NCBI GenBank assembly: GCA_905178155.1
Contig: CAJINV010000003.1
Location: 5,029,700-5,093,699, forward strand
Direction of reading: 5' to 3'
DNA: 64,000 bases
From: Amoebophrya sp. A120
Taxonomy: Eukaryota; Protista; Dinoflagellata
Each line of letters begins with the position of its first letter. Position 1 is the stretch's first letter. Under the pieces are notes generated by a model. The model had not been told where the DNA came from, made no database searches, and was given only the letters and a program-made list of their open reading frames with translations. The position numbers and the translations under genes are program-made. Positions 45,688-57,115 of the stretch are shown here, in pieces.

Positions 45688-48537
45688 ATGGTCGGCAGTA
45701 GTGGGCTGATGTGGCTACGAGTACTAAAGCTTCTCCTCTGGGTCGGCCGCCTCAACGTGGCTCGGGGAGCGGCCGGGAGTTTCCACCCTGGAGTCGGAGA
45801 TCCTGAACCCGAACCCGCAGAAACAGAGGAGGATCGGGAGGCACTAAGATACCTCCTCGCCGCCGCCGAAAGTCAGGTGATGAAGCTACGGACCCGGCTG
45901 GGGCTCAACGTCGACGGCAGTGCGATCGCTGGGGGCCAAATATCGGAGCGCCATGAAGCCACGAGACCGTCGTGCGACCAGGTTGCCGTGGACGCGGGGT
46001 GCTGCGACGAAATGGGCCGGATCATCCGCACGTTTGGCGAGAACGCAGCCTGGCGAGGGCCTACGTCACCGACCACTGCAGCTGGAACAGCATATAGTGC
46101 CGCTACTAAGAATGAACTCTGCTCGCGATGCGGAGGCCCCGTCCAAAGTCGCTTGAAAAAAGCAGGCACCAGTGTGCATTTCTCGTTTGACGAAGACGAG
46201 AATGCAAGAAGCACACCCGTGCTTACAATTCCTTCAGGCGCCAGCACGCATCTTCGACCAAGGCAAGAAGATTCCGAGGGAGATAACTCTTCCTCTTCCA
46301 GTGAATCGGGTGCCGAGGACGATGGAGATTTTGATCGTCGTAGCACGCCCAGTGCGTTGACGCAGCAAGGTAAAAAGTGCGAAAATTTCATCTTGCATCA
46401 AGCTGAGCAGCGCACCTTTGCTTGCTCGCTATTTCCGGATGGGGATCATGAAGTATCCACCTTCATCGCAGACAGCCACGCAGCGCAAACCTCTCCTGTG
46501 GGTCGTGAGGGTGTGAACTCTAGCGAAGATGGCCCAGAAGTCCTGCAGAAGACCTCGAGTCCACCGTCGGGGACGACGGCTCCTCGCAGCACCCGGCAAA
46601 TAAAGAACGCAGCGTTTCGCAGCGGCGGACAGGTGGAAGAAGGACCGAGCAATGTAAAGAAAAATCGTGCCTCGGCTGTGTCCGAAAACGTTCGAAAGGC
46701 AGCCCGGAAGAAAGAGAAGCCGGCGATTTGCGACACAAGTTCTCCGACGAGAAGTGCAGCAAAAACTACTACACTCGCAGATGATTCTAGTCGTCGTGGT
46801 GGCCTTCGCCTTGGGAGCGATAGCTTTCAAATCGCTCTGAAGGAGCAAGCGAGAGAAGAAGCGAGGTTCCTGAGCAGAAGCGGAAATAAACAAAAACGGA
46901 CGGGAAACGCGGGCAGAGTGCAGCTCGGAGGAAAAACTTCGACGGGCCCGCAACATAGCCAAGAAGCAGTGGAGGAGCAGAGGACCTCCACGCGAAATGC
47001 TGCATATGGTAGTATGCTTCCTCAACCGCAGAAAACAGATGAGTTTCCTGCAAGCGCCGGAGATCAAGATCAACTAGCAGACGAGTTGGAGTCCGTGCGT
47101 GCAAGGCTCTCTAGGCTGTCAGTCTCCTATGGTGACAGGCTCGGTCAGGTGCGCGACTTTGTCGTGCCTAGCGGTAGAGAGATTACAAATGCATGCGACC
47201 ACCTCGTCTCGGTGTGCCGTGGAGCAGCGGTTTCCACCGCGAACGACGTGATACGGTGGGTCTATTTCTTCCACAAGTTGGGGTGCTCGTCGGTTCGCGG
47301 ACTAGTCAAACACATTGAAGCGACCGATGAGCACTACTGGGCGACCCTTAAAGAACGCCTAAAAGAGCGGCAGCCGCCTTCCGGGAAGCAGAAACGCACT
47401 GCAAGAAGAATGGCCGCAGCAAGTCGTGGGCAAAACAGAGGCTCGCCCGCGCAAGGTAGCGTCGAAGCAGGGGCCATAGTACAACCGGAGGGCAGCAGCT
47501 GCGCTTCGGAACACAGCGACGCTATGCCTCTTTGCACGACCGCACCCGAAAACAAGACGGGAGGTTGGTGGCAGATGTGTTGTGCAACCATGGTTGGAAC
47601 CGCCGGCGCGCTTATTTTTGCGCATTGTGCAACTCTGGATATCGCGGTGACGCGGTGTCATGCCCCAGTCATGTTACAGGCCGGAGGGGCGTGGCTAGAA
47701 GATAAAATATGCGAGCTAGAGGTGGAACGGATGCGGAAGAAGTACAAGGTCTCGGAACAATTATATCCAGCAGAGTTTGATGCCGTGACTAGTTCCGGCA
47801 ACCCGAATGATATGATCCCGAGGACACAAGCAGTGAATAGAGTAAAAGGTGATCTTCATGCGCGTGCGATCGCGGCAGCAAAGAGCGAAGTGGGCCGCTG
47901 TGTCTACAGGTGGAGAAAGTGCTCTATAGACGAGCTGCTTGCGGAGATCATGGACGGCTCTGATTTGGATGCGGAGGACAGCGATGGCAGGCAGCGGTGG
48001 TGGAATTCGAGCGAGAGTCAACATCCGGGGGGACCAGGACTTTTTGCCTCCACAGATTGTACCCACGACTCGACATCAACCTGCGCGACCGAGGCCAGGG
48101 TGACAGACAGCGCGTCTGTCGCGCACGAGTGTCGTGGAGGTGCACGGGACGAAGCCGCGGCGCTTCGAGTTCTCTTGGAGAACGCACCGGCAGTTGAAGG
48201 GTATTTGTGTGATCATGCAATTTTTTGGTCGTGGTTCCCGTTCTCGCCCGAGCGGGCGCGTCGCGTCAACGAGATGTCGCCAGAATTTCCGAAACTGCAG
48301 TTTTACATCCGGGAGGCCTGCAGAGAACGGGGAATGCTCGTTCACTCGTTTCACGCACTTTTCGAAACTTTCGACGAGTTTTTCAAGCAGGTGCTCTCAG
48401 AATGCAGCGCAGATAAAGACAGAACCACACTTGCGGATGAACGCAGAGTGATGGGCCTTCCCTGTGCGCACGTGTATGAGGCTATCCGAAAGGTTCGGGA
48501 ACAATGCGGTCAGCAGGCCCTCAGGGAGAGGACATAA
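45688..48537 (+). CDS. Hypothetical intronless protein (~950 aa) with a possible signal peptide
   Basis: Long ORF. Hydrophobic N-terminus 'MWLRVLKLLLWVG..ARG', short coiled coil and low-complexity middle. No family recognised. Confidence 0.65.
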   Translation: MVGSSGLMWLRVLKLLLWVGRLNVARGAAGSFHPGVGDPEPEPAETEEDREALRYLLAAAESQVMKLRTRLGLNVDGSAIAGGQISERHEATRPSCDQVAVDAGCCDEMGRIIRTFGENAAWRGPTSPTTAAGTAYSAATKNELCSRCGGPVQSRLKKAGTSVHFSFDEDENARSTPVLTIPSGASTHLRPRQEDSEGDNSSSSSESGAEDDGDFDRRSTPSALTQQGKKCENFILHQAEQRTFACSLFPDGDHEVSTFIADSHAAQTSPVGREGVNSSEDGPEVLQKTSSPPSGTTAPRSTRQIKNAAFRSGGQVEEGPSNVKKNRASAVSENVRKAARKKEKPAICDTSSPTRSAAKTTTLADDSSRRGGLRLGSDSFQIALKEQAREEARFLSRSGNKQKRTGNAGRVQLGGKTSTGPQHSQEAVEEQRTSTRNAAYGSMLPQPQKTDEFPASAGDQDQLADELESVRARLSRLSVSYGDRLGQVRDFVVPSGREITNACDHLVSVCRGAAVSTANDVIRWVYFFHKLGCSSVRGLVKHIEATDEHYWATLKERLKERQPPSGKQKRTARRMAAASRGQNRGSPAQGSVEAGAIVQPEGSSCASEHSDAMPLCTTAPENKTGGWWQMCCATMVGTAGALIFAHCATLDIAVTRCHAPVMLQAGGAWLEDKICELEVERMRKKYKVSEQLYPAEFDAVTSSGNPNDMIPRTQAVNRVKGDLHARAIAAAKSEVGRCVYRWRKCSIDELLAEIMDGSDLDAEDSDGRQRWWNSSESQHPGGPGLFASTDCTHDSTSTCATEARVTDSASVAHECRGGARDEAAALRVLLENAPAVEGYLCDHAIFWSWFPFSPERARRVNEMSPEFPKLQFYIREACRERGMLVHSFHALFETFDEFFKQVLSECSADKDRTTLADERRVMGLPCAHVYEAIRKVREQCGQQALRERT

Positions 48538-49842
48538 AGAGAAAGGCAAACTACGCGGCTTCGTGATTTTTATCTCGGCAAATGTCGATAGAAGTGTGCT
48601 ACTTATTTGTTCATCACGTGATTAATTCATATGACCGCTCGTTGCGGAAAACAGCTCCACTTTGCACCCATGTTTTATCTTTAACACGCGAAAAGTCTTC
48701 ATTTGCGTGCCGTGCGGTCTAAGTTTTATGCTTTAGTCGTTTCGGCGCGTCGCAGATCTACTTTTTCGTTGTGTTTTTGTAAAGTTTGGGAAAAACACAC
48801 AGGATCCGTATCGAATCGAAAGAGGTAAAGAGCTTTATTTTCGCATAGCCCAGTTTCGTGGTGCGTGAAGTAGATGAAATTCGGCCCAATCCGAGAACTG
48901 CTTGGAGGTGAAAATGCATCTTCTCGAAGCCATTTGTGATTTTCTTGCGACTAGAAGTTGTGAGAAAAAAAATTCTCGCTAACGTCGTCTTCGCTTCGTC
49001 AACCGCTTGATTTGTGTGAAGTGATCAGTTGAACACCGACACTGAAAGGTTATTGTTGCACTGCAGAATGTCATATTTTCTTTTTCCTGCAACTACGAAT
49101 AAATACATGGCAAACTCAAAACTTAGAGGGTGCATAGTTTGAATATTTATCCGTTGTCCTAGTAGTACAGTACCTGGAAACAACAAGTTCTCATAAATAT
49201 CAGCTCTAAAAAAGTGAAATCTAGCTACGTGGCGATCGAACACTTACCCGCTAGTATATTAAACAAACTGTTGCCAATATTGATCTACTTCGTTTCTAAC
49301 GGAAGGCACAGCTTCTTCATCACCGCGGCGCGCCGCCCGGTTCGGTTCCCGCATTCATGTTCTCCGGGACGAAAACGAAGTAGCTTGTTGTACGGTTTCT
49401 TTGCTTTTTCAACGAACAGAGGATCAATCCCTTGACCCGGCCGAGCTACGGCACAAAGAAATAGCTACTAAATAAAATTGTTGTACTTCATTTTTGTTTT
49501 TTCCACCTCAAGATGAAGATGTAGATGAATCAGATCAACACTCAAAAATATGTTACTTTGCGTTCCTTCTCATGTAAAAATAGTGATATCAGTGTTGTGA
49601 ATAAAGCCTTCGAATACAACTCCGTAGATCTCCTTTTGTCATCTATCTGTCCTTCCCCTGAACCACCGGTGTGAGATACAAACAACCCTGGGGCATCAAA
49701 AACGGGGCGAGCAAGGACCAGAACAATTGATGAGAAGAACCGCGTACAAAAGAAATTGACCACTTTCCACCACCCCTACGCTTCCAGAAGTACAACCTGC
49801 CCGACTGCGATTTCGCGAGTAGCCTTGTACGCAATCTTCACC

Positions 49843-52800
49843 ATGCTGCCGTCACGCACAGGATCGACCGCACCGTCGCGCAACGACCAGGATGCCTACA
49901 TACGGGCACGGGAGGAGGGACATTCGCATTCCGTTGGAGAGCTGGACCAGGCCTTGGGTGGCTGGGGTGCGTTAGAGGGGGACGAGGATGGCGATGACGA
50001 CATTCTTGCGAAACCGCGGACGAAATCCGCGGGCGCCGAACCTGGATTGCCCCCTAGTTTCTGTTTTTCCTCCACTTCTGCGGAGGGTGGGGGTGCAACG
50101 GGAGTCGGAAATCATGACAATGGGGTGCTGGACCGGTACGAGTGAATTCAGTGATCATAATTGTATATTCTTTAACGGTACTTGATTCGGAGAAAAACAA
50201 AAATGTCACAGCATAAAAAAGTGCACACCTATGTACCTCTTATTCGACGTAAAAAAAGTTGTATCTTGTGTTGGGAGGCTAGAAGGGTCTGTTAAAGAGC
50301 GCCATCTGATCTACAGTCTAGAGTGCAGGCGTTAAATGAATTGCTCAGGTCCGACGACGAGGAAGTTGACAGTGGCGGCGAGTCGGTCGCCGACGACCCA
50401 GTGGATGTGAATGACGCGGCGGAGGTGGAGGTGAAAAAGAAGACCAAGCGTGGCGGGGTGAAAAAGAAAAAAGGTACTCTGCCTCATTAATGTATTTGAA
50501 TTGCATGTCACGCCAATCATGAACATGATGAAGATGCACCATGAAAATGAATTCGTCAATAGTTTTTCTGTGAGATTCTAATCCTGAGACACGGCGACTG
50601 ACAGAAGCAAGCGCTTATCTTTACGACTGAGATAAAAGTTTCTTCAAACCACGAACATCAGGTACCAAGAAGACGGAAATGAAAAACATTATTTCGCCGG
50701 CTCAGATGTTAGGAATGATGGTCAAGGCCAACATCACCGATCCGAAAAATGCGGAGAGGACTTCTACGGCCGAAGCGAATAAGATCAACACAACTTCTAC
50801 AACTGCTACTACACCCGGAGCCGCAGAGACTGGGCCCTCGGCCTCTACTTCCGTCTCCGGTGGTGCCGGCGGCCGTACCCGACCCGCACACCTTCCTACG
50901 CCACCCCCGGCCCCGGCCTTGGCTCCTGGAACTGGTGCGTATGAGCACGCGGTGCCGCGGCCGCCGACCCCGAAGTACCCCGCCAAATCGAGCCCCGGCG
51001 GCGAGGGGGATCCCCGCTACGCCCTCGTGGGTAACTACTACCTGGGCTACCTGCGGGTGCTGAAACGGGGCAAGCAGTGGCCGGTGTGCCAGTTCTGGTT
51101 CAAGGATTGCGAGTTGTTCAGTAAACAAAACAAAGAAAATGCGCCGGCCTTCGCCTACTGCTCCAAGAACTGGGCCTTCCGCGGTGACCCCGACCATAAG
51201 CGCTTCGTCGCGGCGAGGGAAGGAGAACAGGATCCGAACTGGGAAAATCGCACCCGTACATACAAATAGGAAGTGCTGGAGGATATTATAGATGAGATAT
51301 GGAACATCAAGCTCTTTCGATTTTTGACTTTGCTCTTTTCTTTATTTTCGTTTTTTGCAAGACTTCTTGTTCTTACCCATGCCATCATCACAAGCAACAA
51401 CTTACAGTCGTCCGGTTTCGGATGCAAATCATGCAGAAAAGCAACCTGGAGCTGCGTCCGCAGGCGGAGGACGTGGAAGTTTTGACGAGAGAAGAGTACG
51501 AGAACTACTTGCGCCAAGAGGCGGAGGATCAGGAGCCGGAGGTGGCTCAGCATCCGGCGCAGACAGGAGCCATAGACCATCAACAGATCACGCATGGGCA
51601 GCACAACATGGGCGTTGTACAGAATAACACTACGACGTCGAATGGTTCGACTGCCGCCAGCGAGAATCAGAACCACCTGTACAACAACCGTGATGCAGCG
51701 TGTGGGGCTACAACTCTCGCGCAGGGAACCGCGGGAAACACCTGCGTTGCACCAGAGACCCACCAGCGTGGTAACTGTGGAACTGCTCCGTCAGCTATGA
51801 CTACGACGCAGCAATACAACTATCACACCAACAACAGCCAGCAGTCCGCGAGCTCCAGCATCAATTCATATAAGAACCCGGCGTTGAGCAACAGCTCCGC
51901 TGGTGGAGACAGGATTATTACTCCAATGGTTCATCCCGTGGTAACTCCTTGGGGAGTGGATACTCGAGCGGAGCAGAACACTGCGACAAATGGTGGCGAC
52001 CCTATTGGACAAGCCGCCATGGCCCAGCAAGCGGATCTCGGCGCATCGTGGGTCGAACAAGGTAGTACGAACCCTTACAACACCGAGGGATCGACATACA
52101 CGAACGGAAACGGTTGGGAAGAGATGCACCATCAACAGCAGACTCCCTGGCCCGAGGCTGAGTCATCGTCTTCCGCTCCCGAACAAGTTGCGCATGAAAA
52201 TTGCAGGAGCGCTCACGAAAATGGCAACCGGTGCTGGGATCAGGTGCAGCAGCAGCAAGCGACGGCTTTGGAGCAGCAATGGACAATTACCAGCACTGCA
52301 GTCCACCTAACCGGGGGCGGGGACCACACGGCGCGCGGTGACGAGCAGTCCGGCGACGCATTATCTCAGACCCAGCCGCCACCTCCGCCAGATCGCTCGG
52401 AGTCAATGGATCAGTCGTTGGTGGAGAACCCGGGGGCGCAAATGAACTCCGCCGTCGCTCGAATGTACAGCAATCCGTACAATTCCTATCCCATAGTGGA
52501 ACTACCTTCCTATAACCACTTTCCTTCAAATGATTTAGCATTTGTGGTATTTTTGTCGGGTGATGGAGGTGATGCATGAAGTGATACATAATGTTGGCCA
52601 GGAGCACGGCGATGCAGGGCCAGTGGCTCAAACAGAACTAGCAGGCATCACTATATTTTCATGGAGATTTCGGCACTCATCGAAAATAACTCAACTCCTG
52701 GCTTCTTCTATCCACCAAGAGACTTGTGCATGGTTTATTCACCCGTTTCATTTCCTGCACATGCGTCGCTGGTGCAGCTTCTCTCGAGAGGAAGGAGGGA

Positions 52801-53938
52801 AAGTTAGTAGTTTCCACGTGATAGTAAGGCAGCTCAACTACAAATCGCGTCCGCCCAGGCAAGCGTCGCGACATATGCTCACTACGGTGGACATTCCTCT
52901 ACCACTCAGCAGAACCCTTACTCCTCTGCCCGCCCTCGTCAGGAAGAGCGCGATCATCAAAACTGGGGCGCTGGTGTTCCCAACGGCGCGGGAGATGAAC
53001 ACCAGCCATCGCATCCTTACCACGTTGCGAATCAGCAACACCACTACAACGGATCTCAACTACAAGTGGCGAATGGGACGAGTGCAAACAAAATCCAAAC
53101 CGAGCACCAATATACGGGCGCGTCGTATTACAACTACCATCCAAGAAGCATGACCATGCAGCACAACAGTTCCTACAACAATATCGCAGCACAACAAGCT
53201 TCGTATGGTGATTCGCAGCAGTGCAACTCCGGTACTGACGACGCAGCTCACTGTGTTGGTCACGTGCAGCGAGCGACTGGTCGTGCATCTGCGGTGGTCG
53301 TCCCCGTGCATCGTTATCCGTGGCAAGAGCAGAGCGAAGTAGATCCAAGCACAATGGTCGCATCGGAGCAGCATGATGCAAGAGTGCGAGCCGAAGATCC
53401 GACCAAGAATTCGAACTCTACTACGGACACCTCGGACCTTGGAGCAGGAGAACAACATCACGTTGTTGGTTATGAAATAACTACAACTTCCTCTACCTGT
53501 AATACAGCCAATGCACAGAACGTCGGCACTTGTTCGAGAACCTTGGGACAGCAGCTGACGTTCGTGCGGGACCAGATTCGAAAAGCTGACGCGAACAGGA
53601 AGGGCGCGGACGCAACGGCTAACCGGCTGCGTGATCAGTGTGAAGAAATGCTGGATACGATGTCGGAAACGAACGCGGAAATCAGACGCTTGAAAGACAA
53701 GCTAGCCGAGCTAGAAGACAAGAAGAAAAAGGACAACAAAACGTTTTGCGATTTGAATATGGAAATGCAGGACCAGGAAAAAACTGGCACGAGAATCATG
53801 GAAAAGATGAACAATTACAAATTCGAAGAGCAGGAGCTGATGCGAAAAATAGATATCCTGGGGGAAGATCATCAACTAGTAAGACCGCGGGCGGATGATC
53901 ACGCATGCGATGTCGGCGGCACGGAGGTGGGAGGGTAA
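49843..53938 (+). CDS. Multi-exon low-complexity protein with a divergent cold-shock (OB-fold)-like domain and a C-terminal coiled coil
   Basis: GT-AG joins (DR|SDD, KK|GTK, NRT|LVRF) give 'YYLGYLRV..LVRFRMQI..RPQAEDVEVL', similar to the CSD C-terminal strands. Junctions after ~52480 and the true 3' end are uncertain, so this could be two genes. Confidence 0.5.
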
Positions 53939-54784
53939 AAGTCACATTGATAATTTCAGATTTTTCGACCGTTCATTCTTCTTCTTGCATCGTAAGTACG
54001 AAACGTGCAACAGCGAATTTTTTTTTGGAATACACAATTTCAAAGATTTGTTTCGACGAACTCACTACAGGTACTGACTGGAACTTTTTTTTCAGCGGTT
54101 TCGTGCGAGCCCCGAAGCGCCTGATACTGGAAGCCGCAGAGCAGCGACCTTGAGGAGCTACGAGTTTTTCTTTTTTCAGTCGCCACCCGGAGGATGAGAA
54201 TGAGTACACATACCTGAAGCAAAGACCACACACAGTCGCAATGTAGAAGTTTGAGAAAGCGAAGTAGTACGCCGAGTTTGTAGTGCGAAAAAATATACAG
54301 ATTGCAATGGACGAAAATGAACATAAAAAAAGCAGCGTCTCACTGAGTAGTCTGGGGGTATTAATTGCGACAGCTGGAAGCTTCCTTTCCAAGCTCGTCG
54401 CATCTCGCTTGGCAGCAAAAGCTCAGTTTGGCGGTGTCTCGATCCGGGCAAGATCTTCCGGAATTTACGTAAATTGCTCGGGTCGTATCAATGACTTTCA
54501 TATCTTGCGCGAATTTCGGACGATCAGTGTCGTTCCATCATAAAAACCATTATCATCAATGTACGCACGTAGCATGCGCGCTATGTAAAAATAAAATGCT
54601 TCGAAGAAACTTCAGTCAATAAGTCGAAAGCGAAAGCCTTGCTTGAATGTCTTCTTCCTGCTGCGTCCTGGCGGACGGGCTTGTTTCGATGCCATGGTGT
54701 TCTGTGAGTCAGCGAAGGGACTTTTTTCCCGAAATCATGTCAAGTGAAAACTCCAACCCGACGCTGCTCTAAAACTCGCACTGC

Positions 54785-56050
54785 GTGGCGGAGCAGCTGT
54801 CTTTTGATGTTGCCGGGGGCCCTCAGTTTTGCTTCGGGACGAATTTCGGCGGCCTGGGCCGTGCCTGGCTTGTCCCCATATACGGCCGGGCGAACTGCGC
54901 CGACAGTGGGGAGCGCCTCGGCGATCGCTTGCGCAGCGCGCTCGTTTGGTTTCGCGCAAATCGCGAGGGCGAGCATTGCCATGCCCTGCTTGCAGTTCTT
55001 GACGGTCCCGACAGAAGTGACACGCCGGCGGCTCCGGTTCGTAGCACTGCGGCGATCTCCACAGAGTCGCCCGGCCCGGAGCTCCTGGGCGTTGCCATCT
55101 TCGTGGACGGCGTGCGCCTCGCCCTCTCGACTCGCACGAGACGGGTCTATAGTTGTCTAGAGTTTTACGAAACTGCGGCCATTTTACTAGCCCTGACCAG
55201 GTTCAGCATCCTGCGGCGGGGGGAGACGGTCCCGGAACTTGTGGACAATTGGCCCGCACGGTGCGCGCGCCAGAACAGCGCCAGCCCCGCAGCGCCTTGC
55301 TGCGCCCTGGCTGGCAAGATTCGGGGCCGCAGGCCCCGCAGGCGACGAGCCCGGTGGCCGCGGGCATCTTGCAAAACTTCCCGCCCAGGATGAGACGTCT
55401 CGCCAGTTTTCCTGGCGCTGCTGCCCGGCTGCCCGCGGCCCCATTTGCAAGCATTCCGCGGGCCTTTTCGGACGGGAGGCGCGCCCCCGGGGCCTGTTGC
55501 GCCGGCCGGCGCGCGGCTTTGCACGGTCGGACGGGCCGCGGGCGGCCCCTTTGCGGGAGACGCGGGGCGGGCCCAAGGGCATGAGCCGGACCGCGATCGA
55601 CCTGGAACCGCTCCGCCTACCGCAGTCTCTTCGGGAGCTACTCAAGTAGGCAGACGAAATTGGGTCCCTGCCTACCGGGGGCCTTTGCGGGGTTTTTAAA
55701 CATCGCCCCCGGAGGTGGGGGGGGGGTATTCGGTCCCACAAAGCTGCTGGCGCTCCTACAGACTGGCTTTCCAAATTTGCTTCAGCTCCTGTTTCTAGTT
55801 TCCAAACGTATCGGCTGGAATGAGGATGATGCGGAGACGGGCCGGCGCGGCGCCAGTCGCGCGAGCGTGGCCAACCCCCGAAGAGGTTTGGCCCAGTTGG
55901 CTCCTCGGGAACGGAAGGAGAAGGACTGGGATAAGGGCGGCAGGCTGCGCGCCCGCACCTTCACCGGCGGCAGGCACCGCGCCGGCAGCGGCGGAAATGC
56001 CCCAAGGGTAAGCCTTGCCACCCGGGGAAAGGGAGGCGCGGTATGAAATC
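54785..56050 (+). mobile_element. Decayed DIRS-like (tyrosine-recombinase) retrotransposon fragment: end of RT, RNase H, and a YR-like remnant
   Basis: 'QFCFGTNFGGLGRAWLVPIY' (RT thumb-like). 'LEFYETAAILLALTRF..RGETV..LVDN..AR' (DIRS-type RNase H). 'CLPGAFAGFL..PG..VF..IGW..GRRGASR..LAQL' (YR C-terminus-like). Frames are broken. Confidence 0.5.
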
Positions 56051-57115
56051 GAGGCGGTCGGGTCCATGGGATTAGAGCACTGGAGGCCGAAACTATATCA
56101 GCCGAGCGACGATACGGGAAAAGGCAGGGAAATTGCGAGGGCCGGCCTTCAGTGCGGGGCCGGAGCGCCAGCGAGCCGATGTGCAGACGGGCGGCTGCCA
56201 AATTTGCCAACGACGCACGTGCCTCGCTCGAACGTAATGGCACCAGTGGCCGCATCGGGCGCCTGCCACCAAGCGGGAAGCGGCTTTCCTACCGGAAGGC
56301 GGGCGCCTGCGGTATTTCTGCCGAAGGGGCTGCGAACAGGTAGCGCGCAAATTGTTCGGACAAAGTGGCCTCGCTTTTGGCTACGCGTTGCGCTGCGACT
56401 TACCACCGCGGCGGTGCCCCCTTATCCGGATCCTGCTCGCTGTCGCTTTGCGCGGCCTACAGAGCACGCGCATGCACTTCGCCCGTTGGGGACGGGCGCG
56501 GGTCGTGCTTTGATCTCGTCGGGCTGGCGCCTGTTCGAGCACGCTGCAGCGCTCGCGCACAGCGCCACTACGTAGCTCGCGTTCTAGAAGTCGGAGCGCT
56601 TGCCACCCGCGCGCGGTCACCGACCATGTGCAAACTGTGTCGTAGTCCGCTTGCGTGAGCATTTTACTTATCGACCGATCGCAGAAATTAAGTGCAAACA
56701 CAGCTCGCACTTCGTGGAGCATTTTTTTTTTTGATGTCGTAGTGGACAGGGCTGTTCTTACATCGACCACCAGCCGTTCGCTTTCTGTTTTGAGAGCCGA
56801 AGCACGCGCGTGAATTCGCGATGCGATCCATTTGCTCCGGTTCGTGAAATTAGAAGTACATGAGGCTTTATGCCACAGCAGCAAGCGCAAAGGCATAGAG
56901 TAAGATCACAGACCCTGTGGTTAACCACCCTGAAACTTTTTGCGCCGAGTGTACAGAGGCGAGCACAACATGTAGCAAGAAAATAGCACACACACTACGT
57001 ACAAGGAGGAATTTATTCTTCGACCTAAGATTGTTGCGGAGTAAGTGCGATCATCTTCAGGTGAGCGCATGTTGTATCGTCATTTCTAATGCCAGGAGTC
57101 GTGCCTGTGGCAAAA

